A stretch of DNA of 64,000 nt from Octopus vulgaris (Eukaryota): the NCBI GenBank assembly GCA_951406725.2, contig OX597818.1:13888001-13952000 (forward strand). Reading direction: 5' to 3'. Below are positions 14,026 to 27,613 of the stretch, in pieces. The position numbers and the translations under genes were made by a program. Within the stretch, counting starts at the first letter, position 1, and each line of letters opens with the position of its first letter. The notes under the pieces are model-generated. The model was not told where the DNA came from. It saw only the letters and a program-made list of their open reading frames with translations, and searched no databases.

Positions 14026-14114
14026 ATAAATTAATAAATAAAGCATAAGCATATATACATACATATTTGTACGTACCTACCTCTATATTTATATATACAT
14101 GCATATATGGCTAC

Positions 14115-14300
14115 AGGACAAAAAAAACGTCGGACACAATGAGAAACGAAAACATAAACACAAAACCAAGGAAATGGACATCTTTCTTAAACAACGAAAA
14201 AATAGAGTACAGGACATACAAAACAAGGAAAATTCCCCTTCTTCAGTCGCCTTTGTTTCCTCTGCTCCACTTTTCGAAGGTCAAGGCGATACATGACTTT
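14115..14300 (-). mobile_element. Dispersed repeat end (homologous to 32165-32349) carrying a permuted hammerhead-like motif
   Basis: Shared 'ggaca.aaaaaaacgt...acacaatgagaaacgaaaa.ataaa...aaggaa.attccccttc.tcag...ctccac.tttcgaagg'. Confidence 0.7.
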
Positions 14301-16172
14301 AATGAAACAATCCTCCCGCGAAAATCAAATTAAATAAAATTTGAGATTTTTTTGCGGAGGGGTAAAAATGGTAGAAACAGGACATTAACGACAGTACAGA
14401 ATATAAGCAGTAAAAGACAGGACAAGGAGAATAACAGTAACACAAACAAGAAGGGCTGTTAAGCCGAACGAGATATAAATTTTTTAAGAACGGTATTTTT
14501 TTTTGAGAAGTATTTGCCAGTAGAACTTGAGGGTCCTAGAGATGACCGTATTACTGTTGATACATCCCAGGTAAATATCTTTTCCAGCTGGCTATCGACA
14601 TAACGTCTGTGACCGTAAAGTGTTTTCAAGGGAGGTCATCGTTCTCATCTCCAGCCATACTTTATACTCAAAGACCATGGTTTCTGGGTCATTACCCGTC
14701 CACAGTATGAGAAATCACTGGCTGTTGATGAAAGCTTTCTCCACCCACAAACACTATATATACTTTAAGCGACACACAATCGCTAATCTTGTATAGATTA
14801 AGACAACTTGTTTTAAGTCTCTCAGTGAAAGATATACAGTAACTGTACCGAATAGTGAAGTTTATTTGGGAACAGAATGTGGCGGTGCTATAGAGGACGA
14901 CGTTACTGTTGTGTTGGCCCCATGTAAAAATCTTTTTCAGAGTCTGTGTCCGTATAGTGTCTGCAAGAGAGGTCATCGCTCATATCTCCAGCCTTACGTG
15001 ATACACACAGACCATGGTTTACATATATGTATATACATATATATAAAATAAAATTTAAAATACACATTAAGTACAGTATATCACCAACGAACGAAAAACA
15101 CGTAAACACACGTGAGATAAGTACAGCACAAAATACCAAAAGATACAGAATAAGAACAGGACATCAACAACGCGTGAAAATTCGTAAACGCATACGAGAG
15201 ACAAGTACGGAACAAAATACCGAAAGAAGTCTAACTCCTCCTCAGTTATTGACTGTTTATTATTCCCAATTTCGAGCTTTCAACAAGATATGAAAACTTC
15301 ATAAGATAGCAGCATCCAGAAATTTTAAAATTATAAAATTTGTGGTGAGTTAGGGATTCAAACGAACAAAAAGCTACACTGTGGACGTACAGAGTAAACA
15401 ATCTCTCCTTTGCATTAATGAATACAAAAAAAAAAAATTAAAACAAGACCTTGAAATGTAATTATAATTCTTACTGGAAATAATGAAAAACAATCTCTGG
15501 CCTTCCTTGGATACAAAAATGCCTTTCTTTCCCCACCCAGATGGTCTCTAAAATGAGAAAAACAAATTATTGAATCAAGCAAGTTTGAGCACACGGGTAC
15601 AAAAACACACTTCCACCTCCCTCCGAAACCTTTCTCTTCTTTTTTTTCTTTCCTCTGCAAACTACCAAAACACCCCTACTTTCTTTTCTCTTCTTTATCT
15701 TCAATATCTCCCACTTTCTCCTCCTCGCTCATCTCTGCACCCACCTTACTAATTTGTCACCTTTCCCCCTCTCTCTCTCTCATTCTTTCTAAAACGTCAT
15801 CAATTTCATATTAAGAAAAGACCACGCAAACTTATCATAAACCATTTTCTTGATGAATACGATAATAGAAGGAAGCGCTGAAAATCTAAATGAAAAATGT
15901 ATAATCATAAATGAAAAATGTATAATCATCCAACATTCTGACAACCTTATTATTCTCAATAGACAATATCTATATATCATTTCAAAAGCTTTCTAAGTAT
16001 ATATACATACATATATATATATATGTATGTATGTATATATATATGTATATATATATGTATGTATGTATATTTTTATATTTATATGTTATTTTATTAATTA
16101 ATTAATTAATTAATTAATTAATTAATTTTTATTTATTTTTTAATATCAAAAGTATTAAAAGTTTAATATATT

Positions 16173-16229
<57 letters not shown>

Positions 16230-16256
16230 ATAAACATATATACATACTTAGATATG

Positions 16257-16314
<58 letters not shown>

Positions 16315-16717
16315 CAGATTTATACATATATATACAATATATACAAATATACAAATATACAAATATATGCTTTTTAAATACTTTTCTCGCTGGATTTCGT
16401 GTTCATTTCTGTTTTTGCGATTTGTTGTTTTATTTTTCATCTTCTTTATAAATGAGAATATTTCCTCCGTCTGGGTGTCTTGCTTTCTACAAAACGAGTA
16501 ATTACATTGCGGAAGAGTTATTTTAACGTGTTGTATTTATATATCAACTGACGCGATACACCTGCACTGCTGGATGCTTTTGAACCTGTTGCTGAGTGTC
16601 CCACCCATGAGGAATCGATGCTAGATGTGTCGCAACAATTGTTGAGATTAATAATAAATTCTCGTATATTCCATCTTCCGTCTTTCACTTGCCATATATA
16701 TATATATATATATATAT

Positions 16718-16988
16718 ACGAGAAAGAAGCAACAAGAATGGATTAGTCTTTAGTACAATTGTTTCATACAAAGACAGGCTTTATTACAAGTTGCAAAATT
16801 TTGTAATAAAGCCTGTCTTTGTATGAAACAATTGTACTAAAAACTAATCCATTCTTGTTGCTTCTTTCTCGTTTATAATCACCCCACATTACTGTATGGT
16901 TAACACCATATAGTTTTTCTGGTGCATCTAAGTTAAGTACCACATTCAAGTAAATTCATTGGAATTGACTTGAATCTTAATTGCTTTG

Positions 16989-16993
<5 letters not shown>
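16718..16993 (+). mobile_element. Minimal PLE fold-back insert, same family as 26245-30191
   Basis: 72-bp arms 16718-16789 / 16801-16872 and a tail 16873-16993 homologous to the reverse complement of 26245-26364 (the paired ORFs MNVVLNLDAPEKLYG / MNAVLNLDAPEKLYG show this). (TA)n on both sides. Keeps GAAACAATTGTA but not CUGAUGA. Confidence 0.9.
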
Positions 16994-17020
<27 letters not shown>

Positions 17021-18516
17021 CATTGTACTTATAAGCCCATATAATGTGTGTATGTATGTGTGTGTGCACGTTTTTCTTTCAAAGTGCATCGTATAGTTTC
17101 ATAAACCTTGCCTATTTAATTTCGTACTTCACATTAACTATTATATATATAAACATGTCTTAAGAGAATTGTAATTAAACTTCCCAACGTTCCCATTTGT
17201 AGATGTAATGTACGTGAAACTGATAGTGTGCGGACTTTTATCATCAGCTTTGTTTTGTTCTGTTTCTTTATATTCCAAATTACTTTGTTTTTCTCTGATT
17301 TTAAATATTGCATTATACATATAAAATTGTATGCAAGATGTATTATTCAAATAAATAATTACCGTAAATCATAAATTATTATCTTTTTTTATAACCGTAA
17401 TACATAATATATTCAGATATTTATTAACACCTAGACATTCCAAATTCAAATGCGTTATAAGTCAAAAGCATTTGATGACAATTTTTAATAATTTACACAA
17501 ATCATATTCCTATAAAATATGTATTTTCATTTAACTTGGCTCCCATTATTAATGTTCAATAAAGAAGTAGAATTTACAAACAGGAGTAATGTATGTAAGT
17601 TTGCATGCTTAGCTAAGATGCCTACTTAATAACGTCATAATTGTCTCCTTCACAGTTTTATATGCAATCATTTTCACAAAATTAAATAAACGCGCGAGTA
17701 ATCTTAGTTTATATATCAGATATTCATTGACATTTAGATTTAGTGAATATATTATTGATATTAGCAAAAATATACGTCCATATAAATATATAAATGCAAG
17801 CCATTATATATTTCAATTATACTTGCGTTATAGTGTAAAGTTATTCTTGAAAATCAGTCATTAAATCTCATAGTAACACGCGTTCAATGTTAGTTTTCAT
17901 CTATGTGATAACAATTCAGATACACTAATGCTTTGTTTCTTTGTCCTGAATATTGGAAACCTTTGATATTTTATCGTTAGTCAATATTAATTTATGGGTT
18001 TTTGACTATTAATCACAGATTACTATCCAAATGTTAAAAGATAGTAAGTTTAGTTTTCTTCGGGTTTAGATTTTTACGCATTGCGATTTATCACAATAAA
18101 ATGTAACACATGCCTCATAAATATAAGCTACTTGACTATTTCACCTTTAAGAAGCATTGACTACTTGATGATAGTATTTATTTCGTAACAGGTAAAGTGT
18201 TAGGACGATTACGATTAATAAATTATTGTATCATATTTTGTCTAGATTGTATATAATGAATGTCTATTCAAATGAAAGTTTTTAGCTAATGTAATCAGAT
18301 GCACATGATTCTTTTGACATTGATTAACCAATATCGCAACAGCTGGGTTGAGAATGAGTTGTCATAGAAATAAATATTTTAATACGTGTATTTTAACATT
18401 GTATCATAAATACCAAAACATCGAACAGAATATCAATGCTTAATTAAAATACATCAAAAGAATGGCTTTATAATTCCTCGACTCATTCTCATTTTAGTAT
18501 TACTCCATTATTTCTT

Positions 18517-19690
18517 AAGGTGGTGAGCTGGCAGAATCGTTAGCACGCACGGAAAAGTGCTTACCGGCGTTTCGTCCCTTCGGGGTCGATGAAGTACTGG
18601 GCTCGATGTAATCGACAAGCCCCCTCCCCAAAATTTCAGGGCTTGTGCCTATATTAGAAAAGAATTTTATTCCATTATCCAGACGGCGGTGAGCTGGCAG
18701 AATACTTAGCACGCCGGGCAAAATGCTTATCGACATTTCATCCATTTTTTCGTTCTGAGTCCAAATTCGCACGATATCGACTTTGTCTTTCATCCTTGAA
18801 CCGAATATTGAAAACAATATCATTAAGCTGATAGAATCGTTACTGCGCTGGGGGAAATGCTTAACAGCATTTCTTCCGTGTATTTCATTTTGAGTTCAAA
18901 TCCTGCTTGGGTCGACCTTGACTTTCATCTTTCGGGGTCAACAAAATAAGTACCAGTTTAACACTGAGATCAATGTAATTCCCACTGGGATGAAAGTAAA
19001 ATCTGAGACAAAAGGCTAGCCTCAGGAATTGCCAGCGTTTTGCCAAAATTGAGAATAATATTATTTCATAATGTAATTGACGAATTATGAGTGAAACAAG
19101 ATGGTTTGTAAACGTTAGATAGTCATCATCTTGGATAAATTTTACGTGAATGATTTTCTTGAAACAAATTATATTTATGAAATAAGGGCTCATTAGCGTA
19201 ATATAAGGAACGCGTTATGAGGGTTGAAATGGTTAGTCCAATGAAATTTTATTAATATTCCTTTTTCATAGTAGGGCTGCGAGCTGGCAGATTCGTTAGC
19301 ACGCCGAGGCAAATGCTTAGTGCATTTCGCTCAGAAGTAAAATATGCCGAGACCGGCTTTGCCGTTCATCCTTTCGGCGTTGATAAATTAAGCATCAGTT
19401 GAGCACTGGAGACGATGAAATCGACTGTCATCTCCCCGCCCCAATATTTCAGGCTTTGTGCCTATAGTAGAAAGAATTATTATTCTATTAGCCAAGGCGG
19501 TGATTTGGCAGAATCGTTAGCATGCCGAGATTAATACTTGGCAGCAATTTTGTGTCATTACGTTATCAGTTCAAATTCCGCCGAGCTTCACTTTCGTTGG
19601 GATCAATAAAATTAACTGCCAAACACTGTGGACGATGTGTTCGACTTAACCCCTACTCTGAAATTACTGTCCTTGTTACAAAATTTGCAA
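18517..19690 (+). mobile_element. Cluster of five head-to-tail tRNA-derived SINE copies/fragments with a Meta-type central domain
   Basis: Heads 'ggcggtgagctggcagaatcgttagcacgccgggc.aaatgctta' at ~18517, 18685, 18826, 19274 and 19494. B-box-like 'gagttcaaat'. Core 'ttcatcctttcggggtcgataaa.taagtaccag'. Confidence 0.8.
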
Positions 19691-21960
19691 TAATTTTTAC
19701 TTTTTTATTGCGCTCTCGCTTTTTTTTTCAGCTTTTATAGTGAAAAGTTAGTTAATTCTCCCTCTCCCAGTATATAACATGTACAAACATTCTGCAAACG
19801 TTAATGCAAGCTTTCAAGTTATGTTTGGTGTTTCGTTTTGTTCCTTTCATTGCCAATAGAAACACAAGAATAATACAAGTGAATATATTCTCATATCTAT
19901 GAATCCAATGCAAATATTTTCGTACACAAGTCTAATATTTATAAATGGCGTCACTAAATTCATCGATCGTTTTGCAATTATCATTAAAGATTAATTTATA
20001 TAACGTAAATGGCTGCAAATACACAAGCAACGTATCCTACTCGAATTAAGTAGTTTACAGTTTATATATATATATGCGCACATAGACACGCACACACACA
20101 CACATATAGACATATACGTAGTGAATTATTTACCTTCTCTTCTATTGTATCAACTTGTCCTAAGCTTGTTATTTCCCTATTCAGTTTAATTAGCAATTTT
20201 TAGGATATTGTTTCATCCCGTTACCATCATTTATAATGTCCTTTAATTTGCTTAAATTTCTAAACATGATTAAGTAATTTACATTTGTATAATGTAATAG
20301 TTACATCCCTTCATTCACTACCTTACACTATTCTTTACTTTTTGGTTTGTTTTGATTTTAATTGTCTCCTGTGACATATTTATTATAAAGTTTTACGTGA
20401 TTACTAAGAGTTTAGACCGCATTATTTGGACTTATATTCCTGTACAGTTGTCCTTTCAGTGAGTTTTTGCCTTCTCTCCTCCTCTATTATTTATCTGTAT
20501 TTTTCCCTTCTCTACACTCTTTTAGATTAATTTATGATCTATCTTGCCGTCTGAACTTCGTATCATTTATATCGTCGTTTATCTATTTATCTATTACAAA
20601 TTGTATTTTCTGTGGCTGTCCTTTTTTCTTTCTTCGCTCTTTTTATTTACTTTCTCGTATATGGTTTCATCTTTCCTCTACCTTCTCACCCACTTTCATA
20701 GATTTTTCTTACTCTCCCTTCCAAGCCTTTATTTTTGCTCCGTTACTGATACAGTTGCCTAGACACCCCAGCTTTTATCCTCATGTTTTACTCGTAGGGC
20801 TTTATATAAATCATCAGCAACTATTATGTTTATTATTTTTCTTGAAGGGAACAGGTGGCGACACGAAAAATATATATAACCATTATTTTGCGTTTATACA
20901 TATATACTGAATGCTTATTATTACTGCATGAATTTGATATCGAATCTATGAATTGTGAAGCACGCTCAAAGGTTTGTCCATTGACAGTTGGGTTATATTT
21001 CCACTTGACAAAATCCAGGAACATTGCAGTGTTAGTTGCGAACATAATCATGGATGAAAGAGACGGAACATGGATTTGGCATTTGACTTAATTCGGTACA
21101 ACGATAGCTTCGGCCCCTCCTGTAACTGTCCTTTATGGATGGGATGTTGTGCATCCATCAGGGCTTTCTGGGTCCCATCAGGTACATGCACACATAAAGT
21201 GGTGCTCCGATAAGTATATTGTGCTTTCACTGTCATGTTGATGTTTGCCCCGCTAGCACAGCAGGAAAACATCGATATGACTGCGATAACATACACTATT
21301 TAGCGGAAAATCACTTTAAATTTTTATGTTCCTGATGTGACCCAGCCAGCACTGATGAATACAACAGCAATCCATCCATAAAGTAAAGTTTCAGGTGGGG
21401 TCGAAACGATCCTCATACTGATTAAAGACAAATGCCGAAATATCTTACGTTTCTTTCATCGATTATTATATATACATATACATATATAATTATAATAATA
21501 AAGGTTTTTTGCAACAAGTTGCTTAACCACATACCGAAAATTTTAGAAATAGCAGCCAAAAGACTACTATTTCCTTTTACTACAAAAATACGTCTCCACA
21601 GACAACAATATTTGTAACTCACATATGGCAAAAGAAAGAAGAAAAATAATGTATTTCCCTCCAGAATTTTTACTACGTGAGTCACAAAAAATAGTACTGC
21701 CGAAAAAAAGATTCGTAATTTTGTCGTAGGGGAGTAAAATAGTCATTACAGATATAGGGTGAAATATAATTAATTTAATAAAATCAACAAATTTCGGTAT
21801 AAAAAAGATCCATATTCGGTAAAAATTTATAGAATTATATTAATAAGGGTTTTTTGCAACAAGTTGCTTAACCACATACCGAAAATTTTTAAAATAGCAG
21901 CCAAAACACTACTGTTTCCATATATATATATATAAATATATATAAACATACATATACAGA

Positions 21961-22002
<42 letters not shown>

Positions 22003-22006
<4 letters not shown>

Positions 22007-22556
22007 CGAAGAATAGGATATCTGACTCGTTAGTAAGAGCAGTTAAAACTCCAAGCCACCAATTGTTGTAATTACCTTAATCCTAGACCCTGCAAGGTTT
22101 CTGCAGACTTAAATACAGACTGAAATAAATTGCCGATTTTCTTCCAAAATTAGCCAAAAAACATTTTACCATTAATTAAATTCTGGAAGAAAATCGGCAA
22201 TTTATTTATTTAGTGCTGGTTGATTTCTGCATCTGCACGGTAAATTCGAAAAATTAGAACCTATAGACACGTGGCTGACTACTTATAGCTCCATGTCTAT
22301 GGATTTAGTCTTGGCAACCTACTGAGGACGCAGCGCCAGATATAGACTGAAATGATCTTGTTTCAGTCTGTATTTAAGTCTGCAGAAATATTGCAGGGCC
22401 TAGAATTAAGGTAAATTTTTTTTTTATTTTTCAATCACTTTCGGAACTACAGCGATGGGTGGCTTGGAGTTTTAACTGCTCTTTCTAGCGAGTCAGATAT
22501 CCTCTTCTTCGGGTATCCCTTTCGTGCTTGAAGATACACTGTATTCTTCTCTGAAT
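22003..22556 (+). mobile_element. Fold-back insert with nested inversions and a short tail (PLE-end-like)
   Basis: Inverted arms 22003-22125 / 22361-22515 (left arm has a ~30-nt deletion). Second inverted pair 22123-22151 / 22179-22207. Tail to ~22556. (TA)n on the left. Confidence 0.7.
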
Positions 22557-22639
22557 AATATATAGTCTATTGACTAATTTTTTTCTTTCTCGCTAGACCA
22601 CTGGTAACTAAGAATTTTTCGATGAATATTCTTGCCACC

Positions 22640-22780
22640 GGGCTTCTTTCAGTTCAGTTTCTGTCTACCAAATCCACTAGCAGGGCTTTTGTCGGACCGA
22701 AGCTATAGCAGAAGACAGTTGGCTAAGGTACCACGCAGTGGGACACAATCCGGAACCACGCGTTTGCTAAGCAAGCTACT
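22640..22780 (-). mobile_element. CORE-type tRNA SINE copy
   Basis: Reverse complement of the 22881/59876 family: cgggcttctttcagtt...tctaccaaatccac...ccacgcagtgggac...ccggaaccac. Confidence 0.8.
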
Positions 22781-22880
22781 TTATTTCATAAAATTTCTCA
22801 TATAGACAGTACAAAGATTGGGTAGCTTTGCGGACTGGACAAACACATTAATTGATGAAAATAAAATAAAATGAATAAAT

Positions 22881-22974
22881 AGGCGTAGGAGAGGCTGTGT
22901 GATAAGTTGCTTGCTTAGGAGCCACATGGTTCCGGGTTCAGTCCCACTGCGTGGAACCTTGGGCAAGTGCCTTC

Positions 22975-22980
<6 letters not shown>
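22881..22980 (+). mobile_element. CORE-type tRNA SINE, 5' half
   Basis: ggcgtaggagaggctgtgtgataag...ggttccgggttcagtcccactgcgtggaaccttgggcaagtg; B-box-like sequence followed by CORE-like ccttgggcaagt. Confidence 0.8.
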
Positions 22981-23025
<45 letters not shown>

Positions 23026-23210
23026 CATATATATATGTATGTATAAATATTTACATATATACATATGAATATTATATATATATATATATATATATGTATA
23101 TACATACGGCATGTGTATATGTATGTGTTTGTATGTGTTTGTACAGGTACATATAGATATGTGTACAGATGCAGGCACACATAGACACGCACGCACACAC
23201 ACACACACGC

Positions 23211-23273
<63 letters not shown>

Positions 23274-25029
23274 AGTTTTGATAACTCAGGTATTTATGCC
23301 CATATGTATGTGTGTGTGTGAAACTAAAAATAAAATATAACTTGTAGCATGTTATGATAACTGTTTATCGTTATCTTTTGGAATACGGTGCAGTAAAACT
23401 TGCGCATTCATTCTTGCATACTAAAATAGCAGCTTGATATACCTACAGACACCTCTATCTCATAAGAAAAATTTCTTCCCGACTAAGAATCTGTTAATAA
23501 TTTGTTGAAATTTATTTTTCGCCCTAGTCGTAAGAACCATTAGCTTCTGTTAGAAAGATTTATTGACTGAATGATTATAGTTTTACTCATGGCAAATATA
23601 TCGATTAATATTCAATATCTTATGATTTAATGATACAACGCGTTAGTGAAATAAAACCGTGTAAAATAGATATATTCACTAATATGCGTGTATGCATGTT
23701 GTTGTGTATGAGTTGTGTGTGTGAATTTGAGTCTCTGATTGTGCGGGCGTGCGTGTGCGGGGATGCTTTTGTGTGTGTCTGTATGACTGAGAGAGCTTGT
23801 AGGATTGCTGTAGATATTTATTAATTGGGAAACAAGAATTTCACTTTAATAATGATATTTGATATTCCGTTTAACAGCTGTCTTATCTTTAGCAATACTT
23901 AATGTAAAACGCTTAGTTCAGGCAATTTAAGATATGGATATTAAATAACGATATATCAATGAGAGAAACATATAGCAATTATATCATACATAACGATCAA
24001 CATTTCAGACAGAAACAAACGAGGCGGTGATATACGTTGCGTAACGAGTGATATCTTAAAATTATGGTTTAAATATATATTCATCCTATGAATTGAATTG
24101 TTCCATATATAATTCAATTTCGAAGACAAATGTCTGCTTAATTCTTCTTTATAGAACAAAATCATATTTGGAAGAATTCCACATTTTTATATGTGGGGGT
24201 CACGATTTCTAGTAAATTAAAATTTACCCAAGAAAATAAGCATTATATATATTTATTTTCATAAATTTTCTCTCACTTTTTCCTTAATTTTTGAAATTAT
24301 AATTGAATTTTCTTCTCCAAATTAATTCCCACAATTTCTCTGTTTTGCGTATTTTAGTTCAGGTAATTATTTATTCAAACTTTGTTCCATGTACAGGTGT
24401 CTTACTTATGTATCCTTGAACAAAATCCTTTTGCTTCTTATTGCTTACCCTTCTACATTGTCTCACTTTTCTCTGTACTTTTTGTCTGTACTTTTCTCGA
24501 TCCACGCTTTCTTGAAACACACATTAACGTCTGATATTCTCACTAACAAACGTCACAATACTTCCGTACGTGCATAATTTTAGTCACATTAATCCCACCT
24601 CCAAATACAAAAGAAGAAGGATACAAAAGACATCATACTCCTATTCCCAATGTTAGACGGAGATACGCTCCTGTGCACGTGTATACAGAACCGTTACACC
24701 TACCTTCTTAACTCATTCATACAACCGCATTCCAACCACATTCCTTAACCAACCGTCGAATTTCTTTCTCTCATTCTCTTGGTTAAGTATGAACACGCAA
24801 AATATTACGACTAGGTAATAATAACGTGTTTGTGAGACTTTGTCCCTTTCGTACTGTTCAATGCTTCAAAAAACACACAGACACACAAATATTTATATGT
24901 GCATATGAATATGCATAAGGATTTATACATGTATATATTTTCGCATGTGTGCATGTATGTATCTACGTATGTATGTTATGCCAGGTCACACTTGGGTGTT
25001 ACTCGTAATGTGTAACGCAGCACAACCTG

Positions 25030-25540
25030 TAGGTTACGCAACATGTAACCTTGACAAACCTATCAAGCTTACTTGATGAAGAGGGTGATTGTTGGACATC
25101 CTCCAGGACAAAAAAAAACCTGTGAAAGAGCGGAGGAGATCATGAGCAGCCAACGGCCATCTAACAATATGTATACATATGTATGCATGTATGTATGCGC
25201 GGGGACGTGGAAATACTTGAGTTGGGGTGCAGGCGCGCAGTTCGCCCACTGAGAGGGGGAGTCTCCTCTGTTATTACCACAACATCTCTATAGGAGAGTG
25301 AAACTCTGACGGAAAACCTGCGACAATGAAAATATTCGTTGATGTAAACTAGTTCTTCTTTTCGAGTTTATGTTGTCCAGGTTCAGAAGGTGGGACTGGA
25401 TTAGTGCAATCCCTTTCTTTACTATCAAAAATCATGTACAGACATCGCATGAAAAACAGTGACACTTATCACAAAAATGGCTGATCTTAGCCATCGCATG
25501 TGTGGGACTTTCGATCAGGCGTTGTCAATACACGAACACA
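25030..25540 (+). mobile_element. RTE-like non-autonomous retroelement, diverged relative of 9862-10345
   Basis: Collinear shared motifs with the reverse complement of 9862-10345. Confidence 0.5.
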
Positions 25541-25893
25541 AGTTTGCAGCCATCATGTATGTGTGTGTGTATGTATGTATGTATGTATGTATGTATGTAT
25601 GTATGTATGTATGTATGTATGCGCCCGTGTATGTAACTTTAGCACAACTGATCATCTGAAATTTGTTTAAAACTTCCTAATCCTTTCATCGGTGGTCAAT
25701 TAATTATGTGCTGGATTCGTCGTCCAAGAAATTCGTACCGGATTTCGAGACAGAATATCACAAAATATTTATTTTATTATTGTTGTGTTAAAACCTAATT
25801 TCATATTACACTTTTGTTACCCGTGTATCTCTCGACCTGTGCTACAAAGGGTTATCAGTGTGTTTCGTATATGTATGTGTTTATATATATATA

Positions 25894-26229
25894 AAATTAA
25901 ATAAGGGTAGAAATTGATAATTAAAACCAGTGGCCTAGCATATTCAAAAAATCCGAAGATTAAGACTCTTTTACATACAAAATTTAGAGGATTGACTACT
26001 AAAATTGGACAGCCTGTATGCTAGATATAGACGTCAAAATCGCCAGTTTCCACAGAGAATGTATTCTCAAGAAAACAATTCAGCAAAAAACCAAAGCGTA
26101 AAAATACGCTTTGGTTTTCGCTGAATTGTTTTCTTGAGAATACATTCTCTGTGGAAAATGGCGATTTTGACGTCTATATCTAGCATACAGGCTGTCCAAT
26201 TTTAGTGGTCAATCCACTAAATTTTGTAT
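25894..26229 (-). mobile_element. Fold-back insert: ~125-bp arms plus ~80-nt tail, between (TA)n tracts
   Basis: 25975-26100 is inverted to 26105-26229 around a 4-nt AAAA loop, with few mismatches. Tail is 25894-25974. Confidence 0.85.
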
Positions 26230-26393
26230 ATATATATATATATAGTAAAATCAATTAAGATTCAAGTGAGTTCTATTGAATTCACTTGAATGCTGTACTT
26301 AACTTAGATGCACCAGAAAAACTATATGGTATTAACCATACAATAATGTGGGGTGATTATAAACGAGAAAAAAGCAACAAGAAAGGATTAGTT

Positions 26394-26483
26394 TTTCAGT
26401 ACAATTGTTTCATACGAAGACAAGCTTTATTAAAAGCTGCAAATATTGCAGCAAATACAAGTGTCCCGTATCATCAGCCAAAA
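26394..26483 (-). ncRNA. Type I hammerhead with extended stem II (sense copy; lacks the G after CUGAUGA)
   Basis: Reverse complement: uuuugg CUGAUGA uacgggaca...ugucuucguau GAAAC AAUU GUA cugaaa. Confidence 0.75.
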
Positions 26484-27613
26484 CACATATGAGTTTTCCA
26501 AGCATCCTAGTGGGTGATGCTACACTCATGAAGTATCGGAGATAGTTCTATAAAAAGCAAATTTAGGTTGTAAGCAGACTTCCAAAGTTCTCTAATGATG
26601 TTGCACAGTCTTATAACAGGTTTTAAAAAAGCTTGTTAGCTTCACAGAGAAGATGAATCCATCCATAATGTAGATGCAAATTACCGGAGATATGAGGAGA
26701 TATTTCATACTCACAGACGATGAATCTATCCATGATTAATCCATAATAAGGTAGGTATAATTTCCTGATATATGATAAGATAATTGTCACACTTCTGTTC
26801 ATTTCACAAAACTGCTATGTTAGAATTATAATGGCTGAGGGAATTTTGTGGAGCATAGAAAAACCGCCCACATAGAGTATTCTGGGATAACTGAGAGGGA
26901 AGGGGTCGCAGGTACCCACCTACACAGAAAGATCTCTTTCTCTGGAGACAGACAGTCTGGCTTAGAATTTGCAGGAATCTAAGATTTATAAAGGAGAACA
27001 TTACTTTTGACCAGTATACAGCTGTTAATTGCCAATCCCACGGAGCTAAAGCAGATATAAGAATCTAAAGAGAACAAGGGAAGGGATAAAGGGGTCAAAG
27101 GCTATCACTAGAGGAAAATACATTAAGAGAATTAAGTGCAATACTAGAAAGGAGGCCATTTAATTAATTAATTTATTATTGTTACTGTTTATACAATGAC
27201 AGTCTGTAGGTCTATACTTAGAGGTCAATTACAAGTTGTGAGAGAATTGCTTATCATATTGAAATTTCTTATACTACTTTTAAGGGAGTAGCATTACTTA
27301 TTTAACTTTATAATAGAATTATGAAGTATTAGTAACTTATTTGATTTAAGTTGTGTTACCTAAATTAGATTAAAATTAGATTAACTTAAAATAACTATAT
27401 AGTCAATTAAACTTTTTTAGGCAACGTACAAATACTATAAATTTCTTTATGTTCCAAATCAGGTGCAGTTAGAAAGAAAGAAATAACCATAGTGTAAGAG
27501 CTCGCGGTTATCTATTTAAAAATATTAGAGTTTTGTTTTATTAGTAAAAGCAAGATAGATCTATCTCCATACGATTATTCTATACTATTTTTATTTAAAA
27601 TATTTTAGAGACT

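Noticed and set aside
14541-15020. Diverged internal duplication with YLG/YMG peptides suggesting GIY-YIG
   Set aside because: The duplication (14541-14680 vs 14895-15020) is visible, but the downstream R/H/E/N residues could not be found.
16598-16647. Hammerhead-like relic (cccatgagg…gcaacaattgttgag); similar relics at ~33585-33635, ~44990-45065, ~22320-22362 and ~32820-32865
   Set aside because: Core nucleotides or stems are broken in each; suggestive only.
16764-16949. Paralogous small ORFs (16764..16949, 26286..26492, part of 30011..30409) as a small-protein family
   Set aside because: They are antisense readings of the PLE terminal repeat; the similarity is explained at the DNA/RNA level.
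20940-21420. GC-richer island with a minus-strand GGAEAIV…FLDF stretch resembling a CRE-type RT or a host exon
   Set aside because: The motif match is too short and needs frameshifts; no splice-supported ORF.
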